A program made the translations under genes and the position numbers. From Melioribacteraceae bacterium (lineage in GTDB: Bacteria; Bacteroidota; Ignavibacteria; Ignavibacteriales; Melioribacteraceae), in the NCBI GenBank assembly GCA_963663615.1, contig OY760517.1, positions 1,193,042 through 1,257,041 on the forward strand: a stretch of 64,000 nucleotides of DNA, written 5' to 3'. The notes below the pieces were generated by a model. The model did not search any database. It worked only from the letters and a program-made list of their open reading frames with translations, and was not told the origin of the DNA. Below are positions 1 through 10,280 of this stretch, piece by piece. Positions within the stretch are counted from its first letter, which is position 1; each line of letters opens with the position of its first letter.

Positions 1-2363
1 ATGATTCGTTTACATCAACCTTTTATAAATCGCAACCGCAAATTTATTTTAGCGAAAACAACATTAAGCTGGTTAAATGGCGAGATAGCAGAACAGGTTC
101 CTCTAACACATTCGGACAATTTCTAAATGGGAATAACGAGTTTCTCGGTGGGAATGAAATTATGAGTGTTGACCAGTCCGTAACTTTATATGACTCATTA
201 AAATTTGTATCTGATTATTATGAAACCAGAAATGTTGCTCTCGACATATTTTATATGGATGTTTACCAGAATTTTTACGATGGCAATAATCTGGGTAGCA
301 ATACTTTTATAATGTCAGGTTACTTGCCATGGTGTGGTACCGGTTGGCATGGTGTAGTTTCTAAAACAATCGATTTGGAAGACTCCTTGTTGTGTATTAC
401 CAAATTTGGGTATCCTATCACGGTTACATCACTTGATTATGATGGAAACGTTTTAAATTATAATTTAACCGAAGGACTGGAGGGGATGAACTTCTTTCCG
501 GTTGCAAACGGAAATAATTATGCAATTTTTTATCTCACGGATTTTTATGAACCTCATTTAAGTAGTTATTTTTATAAGGAGGGGAATAGTGAGGGAATAA
601 TAAAATCCTATCTTTTTTATGATGAAGAATTTAATTCATGTATTGATGGAGACTATTTCCAGCGTTTAGTGGCAATTCCAGTTACAGAAGAAAAATATTT
701 GGCATTTGGTTTCGATGGAGTACATTTGAGTATTAATTCAATGGTAGTTGATCTTGAGGGCAATCTTGATGGAGAGATTCAAAAATTTAGAGAACCTTTT
801 GAGGATATAACGGTTGGTGAATATGAATGTCTGGAAATTGCCAACACAGGATATTTTAGAAAAGATAGCAATACGACAGGAATAATTTTAAGCTTGCAAA
901 AATATAATATTGGAAGTGCCGATATACGATTAAATTATTTACTCTATTGTGATAATGATGGGAATTTTTTGGATAACTGGATGATTGATTCAACTATGGT
1001 TTTTTCAGTTTATGAAAATGTGCCTTTTGGTGATGGAAAATTTCAGGTGGTTTCAACTGACGAAATCGATATTCAGTTAATTAGCATTGATGAAAATTTT
1101 GAAACTGTTGATACAATCAGGGTTAATGATGATGTAATTGGGAGTAACCAAACTTCACCTTCTATCTATTTAACGGAAGATGATAATTGGTTAGTAACAT
1201 ACGATACTGAAATTGATAAGAAAGCAGTTATTGTTAATAATGAATCAAATGTATCTGACATAAAGATTAGTGGGAATTATCAGGATTTTGCATTTATTGA
1301 GGATAAACTGTTTGCAACACATTTAATTAAAGAGTATAACTCATCCAGATTAAATATTGAAATATTTGATGAAAATTACAATAGACTCAATTCCATATTG
1401 ATTTCCGAAGGTACTGATAATATTTATACTTCTCTTATGTCTCTTTCCGATAGCACTGTTTTGCTTTATTTGGTGAGGCAGAATGAAGCAGGAAAGCTGA
1501 TTAAACTTGATTACGATGGAAATATTGTTAGAAGTATTGATGTATCTGATCTGGGAATATATTCTGAAACTGCAATAAATAAACTTGGTAGTAATACTGT
1601 TATGGTTAGAAACTCAAGTAATGCGAGAATATTTAATAATGAACTTGGTTATGAATCGGAATTACTAGCAGGCTTCTCTTCACAATATCAACACTTGCAG
1701 AATAACTTATTCGTTGCCTCTAACCATGATTCATTAGGAGTATTTTATCAATTTATTGATGAAAACCATAACCAGATTGCAGAAATAAGGAACGGATTTG
1801 AACAAAACTCTCATTCTAATGCATGGAGCGTAATAAACAATATCTGTTTTTTATTCTATACAAGAGGTAAGGTGCTATATACAAACGCGTATTCAGCAGT
1901 GGGAGAGGTTATTTTTGAGAATCGTGAAGTACATAATTTCGAAACAGATTTAATAGACGAACTACAGGTTAGACAAAATGGTGACAATGTGCTCATGGTC
2001 TGGACCGAAAATTCTCAATCTGAAACAGGATTAGATATTAAGGGTGAGATGCTTGAAGTTGACGAGCTTTTAAATGTAAATAGCGATGAATCTGCACCTG
2101 AAAAATTTTATTTGTCCCAGAATTATCCTAATCCATTTAATCCAACAACAGAGATAAGTTTTACTTTGCCAAAAGCTTCTGATATTAAAATAAGTGTGTT
2201 CGATATACTTGGAAGGAAAGTTTATTCCACGAACCAACATTATGCTTCTGGTTCCCATAAGTTTACTTTAAATGGTAAAGGTTGGTCATCAGGTGTATAT
2301 TTTTACAAACTGGAAACATCTTTGGGGTATATGGACGCAAAAAAAATGATACTTCTAAAATAA
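1..2363 (+). CDS. Secreted protein of unknown function with C-terminal T9SS sorting domain (5'-partial)
   Basis: The ORF track starts at ATG 162, but the same frame (codons at 3,6,9...) has no stop back to the window edge. The CDS is therefore probably cut by the window. The last ~80 aa (NYPNPFNPTTEISFTLP...GVYFYKLE...KKMILLK) form a type-A T9SS C-terminal domain. Confidence 0.75.
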   Translation, partial: DSFTSTFYKSQPQIYFSENNIKLVKWRDSRTGSSNTFGQFLNGNNEFLGGNEIMSVDQSVTLYDSLKFVSDYYETRNVALDIFYMDVYQNFYDGNNLGSNTFIMSGYLPWCGTGWHGVVSKTIDLEDSLLCITKFGYPITVTSLDYDGNVLNYNLTEGLEGMNFFPVANGNNYAIFYLTDFYEPHLSSYFYKEGNSEGIIKSYLFYDEEFNSCIDGDYFQRLVAIPVTEEKYLAFGFDGVHLSINSMVVDLEGNLDGEIQKFREPFEDITVGEYECLEIANTGYFRKDSNTTGIILSLQKYNIGSADIRLNYLLYCDNDGNFLDNWMIDSTMVFSVYENVPFGDGKFQVVSTDEIDIQLISIDENFETVDTIRVNDDVIGSNQTSPSIYLTEDDNWLVTYDTEIDKKAVIVNNESNVSDIKISGNYQDFAFIEDKLFATHLIKEYNSSRLNIEIFDENYNRLNSILISEGTDNIYTSLMSLSDSTVLLYLVRQNEAGKLIKLDYDGNIVRSIDVSDLGIYSETAINKLGSNTVMVRNSSNARIFNNELGYESELLAGFSSQYQHLQNNLFVASNHDSLGVFYQFIDENHNQIAEIRNGFEQNSHSNAWSVINNICFLFYTRGKVLYTNAYSAVGEVIFENREVHNFETDLIDELQVRQNGDNVLMVWTENSQSETGLDIKGEMLEVDELLNVNSDESAPEKFYLSQNYPNPFNPTTEISFTLPKASDIKISVFDILGRKVYSTNQHYASGSHKFTLNGKGWSSGVYFYKLETSLGYMDAKKMILLK

Positions 2364-2428
2364 TTGTTAAGTATTATAATATTTCTGTTATTGTTTTCCA
2401 GGTAACAGAGATTTTGTATCTTTATTGG

Positions 2429-2455
2429 TCCCTCCCTAACCGGAGGGATTTTTTT
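2429..2455 (+). terminator. Rho-independent terminator after the first T9SS gene
   Basis: Stem TCCCTCC (2429-2435) pairs with GGAGGGA (2442-2448), loop CTAACC, followed by a T7 run. Confidence 0.7.
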
Positions 2456-2530
2456 ATGGATTATTTTTGTTGAAACATTATAAGATGATATGTCGTATAA
2501 AACACAACTAACAACAATAATGGGAATGTT

Positions 2531-3064
2531 ATGCGTTTACGATTTGTTTTTATAATAATGCTTGTATCAGCTTTTTTTGTAGCTGGTTGTACAGCACAGG
2601 AAATGGATTCAACAAAAACTAAAGAAAATAGAAAAATGAACGAAAATAAAGTAAAGAAAACCGAAGATGAATGGAAAGGTTGTCTATCCCCCGAAGAGTA
2701 CAGGGTACTAAGGGAAAAGGGAACCGAAATGGCATTTACCGGTAAGTATTACAAGCACAAGGCAGATGGTATGTACCATTGTGCTGCCTGCGATGCACCA
2801 CTATTTTCATCGGATACAAAATACGAAAGTGGTAGCGGGTGGCCAAGTTTTTATAAACCAGCTTCCGAAGGTGCAGTAAAGGAAAAATTGGATACCAGTT
2901 ACGGAATGGTGCGTAAAGAAATTGTTTGTGGAGCGTGCGATTCGCATTTGGGGCATGTATTTGAAGACGGTCCAAATCCAACTGGTTTACGCTATTGTGT
3001 AAATTCAGTATCGCTTTCATTTGAAGGTGAAAAGGAAAAGAAGAAAAATAAAGACATGGAATAA
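2531..3064 (+). CDS. msrB: Peptide-methionine (R)-S-oxide reductase MsrB with lipoprotein-type signal peptide
   Basis: SelR/MsrB motifs: two CxxC pairs (CAAC, CGAC), GWPSF, HLGHVF and catalytic RYCVNS. The N-terminus [20 protein letters not shown] looks like a lipobox signal. Confidence 0.9.
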   Translation: MRLRFVFIIMLVSAFFVAGCTAQEMDSTKTKENRKMNENKVKKTEDEWKGCLSPEEYRVLREKGTEMAFTGKYYKHKADGMYHCAACDAPLFSSDTKYESGSGWPSFYKPASEGAVKEKLDTSYGMVRKEIVCGACDSHLGHVFEDGPNPTGLRYCVNSVSLSFEGEKEKKKNKDME

Positions 3065-3251
3065 TTTTTCCTGTATTATAAAACAGATATTTTATATATT
3101 CATAGTTAACTATGCCATACGGTAATTTACATTTCATAATTAACTAATCCGGTTATAAAAATCTGCTTTGCAGTATTATCCTGAAATTACAGAAGTAAAT
3201 AAATTTTATGAATTGCCTTATAATTTTTTATAAGGTATTTTCTCCCCTTAA

Positions 3252-3280
3252 GCCGCCTGAGCCAGCAGGCGGTTTTAATT
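3252..3280 (+). terminator. Candidate terminator hairpin downstream of msrB
   Basis: CCGCCTG (3253-3259) pairs with CAGGCGG (3266-3272), followed by TTTTAATTTT. Confidence 0.5.
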
Positions 3281-3285
3281 TTAAA

Positions 3286-3318
3286 CAAAAAAAAGACGCC
3301 CTGATGAGCGTCTTTTTC
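3286..3318 (-). terminator. Rho-independent terminator of the sigma-factor gene (bidirectional shape)
   Basis: AGACGC (3294-3299) pairs with GCGTCT (3308-3313). An A-run lies upstream and a T-run downstream, so on the minus strand the hairpin is followed by T8. It sits 30 nt past the rpoD stop. Confidence 0.7.
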
Positions 3319-3347
3319 TATATGGAAAACATTATAATTGTTACTAA

Positions 3348-4208
3348 TTAACCAAGGTAAACCTTTAGGTTTTTGCTTCTTGAAGCGTGGCGAAGTCTTA
3401 ATAAAGCTTTTTCTTTAATCTGGCGAACTCTTTCGCGGGTTAAATTAAGCATTTCACCAATTTCTTCAAGAGTAGCTGAATGTTCTGATTCGAGACCAAA
3501 ATAAAGGCGAATTACAGTAGCTTCTCTTTCAGTAAGAGTAGAAAGAGCATTTTCAATATCACGTCTTAACGAGTCTTCCATCAAGGTCTTATCTGGTGTA
3601 GGCTGGTCATCGCTGTGCATAATATCAAGCAGGCTGTTTTTATTATCTTCACCCTGTTTGATAGGTGCATCCATAGAAAGATGTTTACCTGAAAGACGAA
3701 GAGCAAAATCAACCTCATCGGGTTCCATGTCAAGCTCTTTGGCAATTTCTTCGGCATTAGGTTTTCTTTCGTATTCCTGTTCAAGCTGGTTAAAGGCTTT
3801 ACTAATTTTTGTAAGTGCACCAACACGGTTCAAAGGAAGTCTTACCATACGGCTCTGATCAGCAATAGCTTGCATAATAGACTGACGAATCCACCAAACA
3901 GCATAAGAGATAAATTTAAAACCTCTTGTTTCGTCAAATCTTTTAGCTGCCTTAATAAGCCCAAGGTTACCTTCATTAATAAGATCACCCAAACTAAGAC
4001 CTTTGTTCTGATACTGCTTGGCAACGCTCACAACAAAACGCAAGTTTGCTTTGGTGAGTTTCTCGAGTGCAGTCTGATCACCTTGCCTAATCAGGTTTGC
4101 CAACTCAATTTCCTCATCCGCAGTAATAAGGTCCACTTTACCAATTTCCTGGAGGTACTTATCCAGGGACTGGCTTTCACGGTTCGTATATTGCTTCGTA
4201 ATCTTCAA
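3348..4208 (-). CDS. rpoD: RNA polymerase sigma-70 family factor (primary-sigma-like, short form)
   Basis: Region 2-4 motifs are present: [55 protein letters not shown] start at 4208, preceded by AAGGAG. Confidence 0.9.
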   Translation of the reverse strand: MKITKQYTNRESQSLDKYLQEIGKVDLITADEEIELANLIRQGDQTALEKLTKANLRFVVSVAKQYQNKGLSLGDLINEGNLGLIKAAKRFDETRGFKFISYAVWWIRQSIMQAIADQSRMVRLPLNRVGALTKISKAFNQLEQEYERKPNAEEIAKELDMEPDEVDFALRLSGKHLSMDAPIKQGEDNKNSLLDIMHSDDQPTPDKTLMEDSLRRDIENALSTLTEREATVIRLYFGLESEHSATLEEIGEMLNLTRERVRQIKEKALLRLRHASRSKNLKVYLG

Positions 4209-4584
4209 ATCCGGATCACTCCTTAAATTTTATATAACTATTTTTATTAACTAAAACTGGTCATCTTTATTCTATTTAAAACCAAAAAACCCCAAGAGGT
4301 TAAATTTATATATACCTTTTTAGGATGTTTTTCGTATTTTTCCATAGTTATTATAAGTCTTGCAAAAACAAAGCTTTTCAAAACATCAGTGCAATATAGT
4401 GAATAAATAAGGAAAAATAAATAGATAAAATTTTCCACAAATTATTTATTTTGAGTTTACTGAGGGAAGAATTAGGGAAGATTCTCAAGTATTAACTCTT
4501 ATTGTTTTCGTATAATATTCGAAAATGTTTAGTGTTCATAAATCATTTCTACAATTTTTACTTTTTTTTATCCGGAGAAGTTCC

Positions 4585-6075
4585 ATGAATAGCAAACATA
4601 CTTTATTTTTACTCTTTGCAGTTTTTCTTTCAGCTTGTTCATCACAATCAAAGCTTACAAATGTTACTAACGACAGTTTTTCAAATCTGGTTAATTCAAT
4701 CGATTCTATTTTTAATGATAAGGATTTTGAGAGTGCTTTTTGGGGTGCGGAAATTAAATCGCTTGATAATGGAAAAGTATGGTATGAACGTAATGCCGGA
4801 AAACTTTTTATGCCGGCTTCAAATGAAAAAATAGTAACTACTTCTGTTGGATTGCTAACAATGGGACCTAAATTCCAATATTCTTCTAATTTGGGATATA
4901 GGGGCGAGGTTCGTGATTCGGTTTTACACGGCGACCTTATTTTATACTCAAATGGGGACCCAACTTTATATTCCCGCTTATGCGAATCATCATTGGTGCT
5001 ATTTAATAAATATGCTTCCGAGTTAAGTAGTTTAGGCATTAAAAAAGTTACGGGTAATGTGTATGGTGATGATACCGCTTTTGAAAATGAACATATTGGC
5101 TATGGCTGGGCTTATGATGGGCTTTCCTATTGGTATTCGGCACCTTTTGGTCCGTTACAGATTAACGAAAACTATGTGGATTATAAAATTACTCCTGCAA
5201 AGGAAGCAGGTGGTGAAGTAACGGTTGTTCCAAATATACCAACAAGTTACCACAAACTTGAAAATAATCTTGTTACTGTTGATGCTGTAAAACATTACCC
5301 AAATATGCACAGGGTATTAAATAGCGAAGTTGTTAAATTTAATGGTGAAGTTAAGGCAGGTGGCAGAACCTTTGAATGGTCGCCAACTGTTAATGATCCT
5401 ACCATGTTTTATTTAAGAGTGTTCAGGGAAGTACTTGATAGTAATGGCATCTCAGTAGAGGGTAAAAGTTACTCGGCTTATAATGTAGAAAATTTTGATG
5501 ACATAAAAAGTGGCAAGGTGGTAATATCAACATATTATTCGCCCGAGTTTGCTGAAATAATTAAGGGTTTGATGAAGAGATCACAAAATTTGTATGCCGA
5601 AACGGTTGCCCGTACCATTTCGTGGTATAAGCAGGGTAAGGGTGTTATGCGAAATAGCAGAGCTTTAATATATAAAAAACTTGCTGAGTTTGGACTTAAA
5701 GAAGGTAGTTACCTATACAGGGATGGCAGTGGTCTTTCGCGATATAATTATGTAAGTCCTAAACATCTTGTTAAAATACTCGAGGGTATGTATAGTTCGG
5801 AATACAAGGATTTGTGGCTCGATATTCAGCCTTTGGCAGGTGTTGACGGAACGTTAAGAAGACGAATGAAAGGTACTGCTGCTGAAGGTAATGTTAGAGC
5901 AAAAACCGGAACAATAGCTAATGTAAGAGGCTTGTCGGGGTATGTTACAACTGCTGATGGCGAAAATTTGGTATTCTCCTTTTTGGTAAATGCTCATAGT
6001 GTTGGTTCAAAAGATACAGAAAGGGTAACTGACTCGGTTCTTGAACTAATTGCGGCTTATAATAAAGATAAATAA
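4585..6075 (+). CDS. dacB: D-alanyl-D-alanine carboxypeptidase/endopeptidase, PBP4 family (peptidase S13)
   Basis: SxxK (SNEK), SxN (SNGD) and KTG (AKTGT) motifs in the correct order. I prefer ATG 4585 (GGAGAAG SD; MNSKHTLFLLFAVFLSAC lipoprotein signal) over the ORF-track start 4525. Confidence 0.85.
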   Translation: MNSKHTLFLLFAVFLSACSSQSKLTNVTNDSFSNLVNSIDSIFNDKDFESAFWGAEIKSLDNGKVWYERNAGKLFMPASNEKIVTTSVGLLTMGPKFQYSSNLGYRGEVRDSVLHGDLILYSNGDPTLYSRLCESSLVLFNKYASELSSLGIKKVTGNVYGDDTAFENEHIGYGWAYDGLSYWYSAPFGPLQINENYVDYKITPAKEAGGEVTVVPNIPTSYHKLENNLVTVDAVKHYPNMHRVLNSEVVKFNGEVKAGGRTFEWSPTVNDPTMFYLRVFREVLDSNGISVEGKSYSAYNVENFDDIKSGKVVISTYYSPEFAEIIKGLMKRSQNLYAETVARTISWYKQGKGVMRNSRALIYKKLAEFGLKEGSYLYRDGSGLSRYNYVSPKHLVKILEGMYSSEYKDLWLDIQPLAGVDGTLRRRMKGTAAEGNVRAKTGTIANVRGLSGYVTTADGENLVFSFLVNAHSVGSKDTERVTDSVLELIAAYNKDK

Positions 6076-6222
6076 GATTGATTGTAGTTCTAAATAATTA
6101 TATAATTAGCTGCGTTAAAATCGCCTTTTAAAAAAATGTTGAAAAAAGTTATTTTTATTATTTAATAATTGTGTAAAAAAGTTGTATCCGTATAAAATAT
6201 TCAATAACTTGTCGGAGATTTT

Positions 6223-6492
6223 ATGACTGACGAAGAAAAAGCAAAATGGTTTGATGCTGCATTACGATTTGGTTTGGAAGGTAACATTCATCTGGTCATG
6301 AAATCAAAAAAAGGCGATGTTGCCATGTGGTCCATCGTGGATAATGAAACCAAAAAAGTATTTAATTCTAACATGGAGTGGGAAGAAGAACCTCCATTGA
6401 AGAAACGAGATGAAAGATTTTTAACCCGTACAAGGTTTTCGTTTGGTGATGCAGTAAATTTGTTTAAGCTAAAGAAAATGTACGGTGTTTAA
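6223..6492 (+). CDS. Hypothetical small protein (89 aa)
   Basis: An ORF in an otherwise empty gap, same strand as its neighbours, 15 nt upstream of ytxJ. No recognisable motif. Confidence 0.4.
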   Translation: MTDEEKAKWFDAALRFGLEGNIHLVMKSKKGDVAMWSIVDNETKKVFNSNMEWEEEPPLKKRDERFLTRTRFSFGDAVNLFKLKKMYGV

Positions 6493-6507
6493 TTTCGGAG
6501 TTTTTAG

Positions 6508-6846
6508 GTGAGCAAATACATCGAAATTAGAACCGGGGAAGACTGGAAAAGTTTTCTCGGTGAAGATACTGAAAAGATAATATTCAAATATAGTCCGGTT
6601 TGTGGTATTAGCAGTAGTACGGAGGCTGGTTTTGAAAACTGGTTAAGTAAAGCCGGGGATACTTCAGGTTATTCAATTGCCAAAATAGACGTAATTTTTT
6701 CCCGTGAGCTTGTTCGTGAAATTGCTGCAAAACTGGGTGTTAAACATGAATCGCCCCAACTGCTTTGGTTAAATAAAGATAATTCAATTAAATTACATGC
6801 GAGTCATTTTGGTATTAGTTCGTTACTAGCCAATAATAAAATATAA
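6508..6846 (+). CDS. ytxJ: YtxJ-like monothiol thioredoxin-fold protein (bacillithiol system, DUF2847)
   Basis: KYSPVCGIS matches the single-Cys (T/P)C(P/G)IS motif of YtxJ, and the size is ~110 aa. GTG start with GGAG 7 nt upstream. Confidence 0.6.
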   Translation: MSKYIEIRTGEDWKSFLGEDTEKIIFKYSPVCGISSSTEAGFENWLSKAGDTSGYSIAKIDVIFSRELVREIAAKLGVKHESPQLLWLNKDNSIKLHASHFGISSLLANNKI

Positions 6847-6849
6847 ACT

Positions 6850-7827
6850 ATGAAATTTATTGATAACAAAAATATAACCGATCCCGCAATAAACCTGGCA
6901 CTTGAGGAATATGCATTTCGAAACCTGGATATTGCAGATCAGTGGTTTATGTTTTATATAAACGAGCCATCGGTAATTATTGGTAAAAACCAAAATGTAT
7001 TTGAAGAAGTAAACACCACTTTTACGGATAAAAAGGATATTCTTGTTAGAAGAAGAATGTCGGGCGGTGGTGCTGTTTATCATGATGAGGGTAATCTTAA
7101 CTTTTGTTATATAAGAAAATACGAAAAAGAGTATTTTAACAAGTATCATACATTTCTTACTCCTTTTATTGAAGTGCTTAATGAAATGGATGTACCAGCC
7201 GAAATAAATGAACGTAATGACATTGTATGTAAAAAGAAAAAGATTTCGGGTAATGCCCAGTTTACTTCGCGCGATCGTATGATGACGCACGGTACGCTCC
7301 TTTTTGATTCGAATATCTACAATTTAATTACATCTCTTAAAGTAAAGGGTAAGGTACTTGATTCAAAGAGTACAAAATCAGTTAGAAGCAAGGTTGCCAA
7401 TATTATTGATTTTATGGAAGATGAGATTGAACTTGAAGACTTCAGAGGTTTGCTTACCGAAAAGCTGTTTGGTAGAAATGAGGTTGAAGTTTTTCAGTTC
7501 TCTGATATCCAGTGGGAAGAAATTTACGAACTTGCCGATACAAAATACAGAACGTGGGAATGGAATTACGGTAGAAGCCCTAAATTCCGAATATCCAGGA
7601 AACATGAGCTGAATAAGGAAAATATTGAGTTCGATATATTTATTGAAAAGGGGATAATTCAGCAGTTTAAGTGCAAAAATCCGAATAATGAATTTTTGAG
7701 TAGTATTGGTAAAGAACTTGAAGGTATAAAGTTTATAAAGAATGAAATAGATACTGTACTCAGAAAATTTGAATCTCAAAATAACTCGGTGGGGCTTGCT
7801 GATGCATTACTTAAGGTTATTTACTAA
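6850..7827 (+). CDS. lplA: Lipoate-protein ligase A
   Basis: LNLALEEY, GKNQN, RRMSGGGAVYHDEGNLNF and KISGNAQ motifs, ~325 aa. Confidence 0.85.
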   Translation: MKFIDNKNITDPAINLALEEYAFRNLDIADQWFMFYINEPSVIIGKNQNVFEEVNTTFTDKKDILVRRRMSGGGAVYHDEGNLNFCYIRKYEKEYFNKYHTFLTPFIEVLNEMDVPAEINERNDIVCKKKKISGNAQFTSRDRMMTHGTLLFDSNIYNLITSLKVKGKVLDSKSTKSVRSKVANIIDFMEDEIELEDFRGLLTEKLFGRNEVEVFQFSDIQWEEIYELADTKYRTWEWNYGRSPKFRISRKHELNKENIEFDIFIEKGIIQQFKCKNPNNEFLSSIGKELEGIKFIKNEIDTVLRKFESQNNSVGLADALLKVIY

Positions 7828-9031
7828 TTTTTTATTATTGTCTTTTTTTATGCTGTTTACTAATAATTGCCAAACCAAACCAGATTACGAGTTATTAGCC
7901 GATCAAATACACTCCGAAATTATTAGCGTTGATTCGCATACCGATACCCCGTTACGGCTTTCAAGGGGAAATTTTGATATTTCAATTAGAAATGATGCCA
8001 GAAAAACCAGAAGCAAATTTGATTTGCCCAGAATGGAAGAAGGCAGGCTGGATGCTGTTTTTCTTGCAGCCTTTGTTGGACAGGCAAGGAGGACTGAGCT
8101 TGGCTATAGAAAGGCAAAGGAAAGAGCTGATCATTTAATTGATATTATATATGAGCAGGCTGCCCAAAACGATGATAAAGTTGTAATGAAATTCGATTCG
8201 GATTCGCTTTATGAAATTAAGCAATCAGGAAAAAAAATGTTCTTTATCGGTATTGAAAATGGTTTCCCTATTGGTAAGGAACTTGGACTTATTGATGAGT
8301 ATTATAAGAAGGGGGTGCGTTACATTACTTTATGCCATACCCTAAATAATGATATTTGTGATTCATCAAACGATACACTTGAGCATAACGGACTAAGCAA
8401 GTTTGGTGAACAGGTTGTTGGGCGTATGAACGAACTTGGTATGATGGTGGATGTATCGCATGCTTCGGATAAAACTTTTTATGATGTTATAAAAATTTCG
8501 AAAGCTCCGGTAATTGCAAGTCATTCATGTGTTAAGTCATTATGCGATAATCCAAGAAATGTTACAGATGATATGCTGAAAACAATTGCTGAAAATAATG
8601 GCGTAATTCAGATTACACTTTATACCGGTTATATAAAAGAATCGGGTAAAAATGAGTTAAGGGATAAAGCTTATAAGGCGTGGAGAGAGAAATACCAGAA
8701 TTTTGATAGTCTTTCCGATTCATTAAAAAAATTGGCAATGGATGAAAGGGCGGAGCTTAATACAAAATATCCTCGAAATTATGCAACAGTACAGGATTTT
8801 GCAGATCATATTGATCATGCTGTTAAGGTAGCCGGAATTAATCATGTTGGTATTGGAAGTGATTTTGATGGTGGTGGTGGTATTGCCGGTTGTAATGATG
8901 TTAGTGAGTTAAAGAATATAACAATTGAGTTGCTTAAGCGAGGATATACTAAAGAAGACTTAAGGAAAATATGGGGAGGCAATTTTTTCCGTGTAATGCG
9001 GGATGTAGAAAAAATTGCCACCAAACTTTAG
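7802..9031 (+). CDS. Membrane dipeptidase (peptidase M19 family), exported
   Basis: DSHTDTP, DVSHASD, ASHSC and GIGSDFDGGGG motifs. Start is uncertain: ATG 7802 gives a plausible signal (MHYLRLFTNFLLLSFFMLFTNNC), while the ORF-track start 7769 overlaps lplA more. Confidence 0.8.
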   Translation: MHYLRLFTNFLLLSFFMLFTNNCQTKPDYELLADQIHSEIISVDSHTDTPLRLSRGNFDISIRNDARKTRSKFDLPRMEEGRLDAVFLAAFVGQARRTELGYRKAKERADHLIDIIYEQAAQNDDKVVMKFDSDSLYEIKQSGKKMFFIGIENGFPIGKELGLIDEYYKKGVRYITLCHTLNNDICDSSNDTLEHNGLSKFGEQVVGRMNELGMMVDVSHASDKTFYDVIKISKAPVIASHSCVKSLCDNPRNVTDDMLKTIAENNGVIQITLYTGYIKESGKNELRDKAYKAWREKYQNFDSLSDSLKKLAMDERAELNTKYPRNYATVQDFADHIDHAVKVAGINHVGIGSDFDGGGGIAGCNDVSELKNITIELLKRGYTKEDLRKIWGGNFFRVMRDVEKIATKL

Positions 9032-9822
9032 TGTTTAACCCAACGCCAGTGCCAGGGTTCAAACTGTACACCTTTGTCATTACCCCTAGGGTATGAAAGG
9101 GAAAAATTATATTTTGCCGCATGCATAAGCATCCAGCGGTACTCATCTGTTTTTGCAAAATGGTTTGCGTTTTGACCCTTTTCCTCACCTGAAATACCTT
9201 TTTCATTTATCAGGTCTATAGCGTTAAATTTGCCACTGTTATGTTCGCTGTATCCTGGCATTGCAACCCATTTTGAGGCTTTAAGTAGCGAAAAATTATT
9301 TCTTGGCATTACAAGGTCATCAATAAATCCGTAAGCTTGTCTGCCCGGAGAGCGATAACCTGAATTTATAAAAAGACGCTTACCAAGATCACGTTTCATG
9401 TGAGCCATCATTCTTTCAAAATCATCGTATGAGTGTTTTGGGCAATATCTTGCCGGAATGCCTAGTGTGCCTTTTGCTGTGTGAAGTGTTCTTGGGGGTA
9501 TTTTAACCAAATTGTTGGGACGTTTGGTATTAACTTTTTGTCCTTTAAACCCTAATTCAAGAGGTGGTATTTCAAAAATCCTTCCAACAAGATATTCTTC
9601 AAAATAGTTAAGTGAACTCATTAAAGTATCATACTCAACAATTTGCCATTCATCTTTTGGTATAGTTTCAAGTTTAGCATTCCATTTGTCGTAAACGCTT
9701 TTTATCACATACGTCATAACCGGATTAAGTTTTTTGTAGTTTGGTTTTTGATAAAGAAAACCTACTCCAACAAGAAAAAGTGAAACAATAAGTACAACTA
9801 TACCTATTAAAAGCTTTTGCAT
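9028..9822 (-). CDS. D-alanyl-D-alanine carboxypeptidase, VanY/peptidase M15B-like, membrane anchored
   Basis: N-terminal TM helix, then SGYRSPGRQ, PGYSEH and EPWHWRW motifs typical of the VanY/M15 Zn-peptidase family. Confidence 0.7.
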   Translation of the reverse strand: MQKLLIGIVVLIVSLFLVGVGFLYQKPNYKKLNPVMTYVIKSVYDKWNAKLETIPKDEWQIVEYDTLMSSLNYFEEYLVGRIFEIPPLELGFKGQKVNTKRPNNLVKIPPRTLHTAKGTLGIPARYCPKHSYDDFERMMAHMKRDLGKRLFINSGYRSPGRQAYGFIDDLVMPRNNFSLLKASKWVAMPGYSEHNSGKFNAIDLINEKGISGEEKGQNANHFAKTDEYRWMLMHAAKYNFSLSYPRGNDKGVQFEPWHWRWVKH

Positions 9823-9954
9823 TTGATTACCTTTATTAAATTTGAGCCTAACTCAAGATAAGAAAAACTTGAGTTTTATTGATTAAAATTTGAGCGATTT
9901 ATTTAAGCATTCATGATTTTTTTCGAAAATAATAATATTCTTGACAGAAGATAA

Positions 9955-9978
9955 TATTTAGACTAAGTTTAGATAAAA
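9955..9978 (+). promoter_or_regulatory. Candidate operator upstream of feoAB-1 (shared with feoAB-2)
   Basis: TATTTAGACTAAGTTTAGATAAAA aligns with TATTTAGACCAAGTCTAAATTAAA at 15501-15524. A further GTTTAGA half-site lies at 10013-10019. Confidence 0.4.
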
Positions 9979-10019
9979 GATTTTCTGATATGATTTATTT
10001 AACTCGAATTGAAGTTTAG

Positions 10020-10280
10020 ATGATAGAGCGATTGGTAGATACTAAAGCCGGAAAAAAGGTAAGGATATCCAAAATCGGAGCCGGACGAAATGCAATGCTT
10101 AACCTTATGAATATGGGGTTGGTAGTGGGTAATGTGGTAGAAATTGGTAAAAGTTCACATTATCACGGTCCGGTTATAGTAAAATATCGGGAAACAGATA
10201 TTGCAATTGGATACGGTCTTGCCGAAAAAATTATAGTGGAAAATATAGATGGCGGAATTTATACTGATTGGCCAGCCTAA
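10020..10280 (+). CDS. feoA: Ferrous iron transport protein A
   Basis: Small SH3-like FeoA sequence immediately upstream of, and overlapping, feoB. Confidence 0.85.
   Translation: MIERLVDTKAGKKVRISKIGAGRNAMLNLMNMGLVVGNVVEIGKSSHYHGPVIVKYRETDIAIGYGLAEKIIVENIDGGIYTDWPA

Noticed and set aside
2282-2473. 63-aa ORF after the first T9SS gene
   Set aside because: It overlaps the 3' end of the upstream CDS and runs through its terminator hairpin (2429-2455).
4536-5039. 167-aa antisense ORF within dacB, and similar long antisense ORFs at 2736-3137, 6826-7290, 10317-10772, 48089-48517 and 61944-62426
   Set aside because: Each is fully embedded opposite a CDS with strong family motifs. None shows a recognisable motif or start context. 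I treat them as shadow ORFs.
9931-9960. Canonical Fur box at the feoAB-1 promoter (AATAATATTC...AGATAATATTT)
   Set aside because: It has only partial resemblance to GATAATGATAATCATTATC, and no equivalent sequence precedes feoAB-2. The shared TTTAGAC-type motif is the better candidate.
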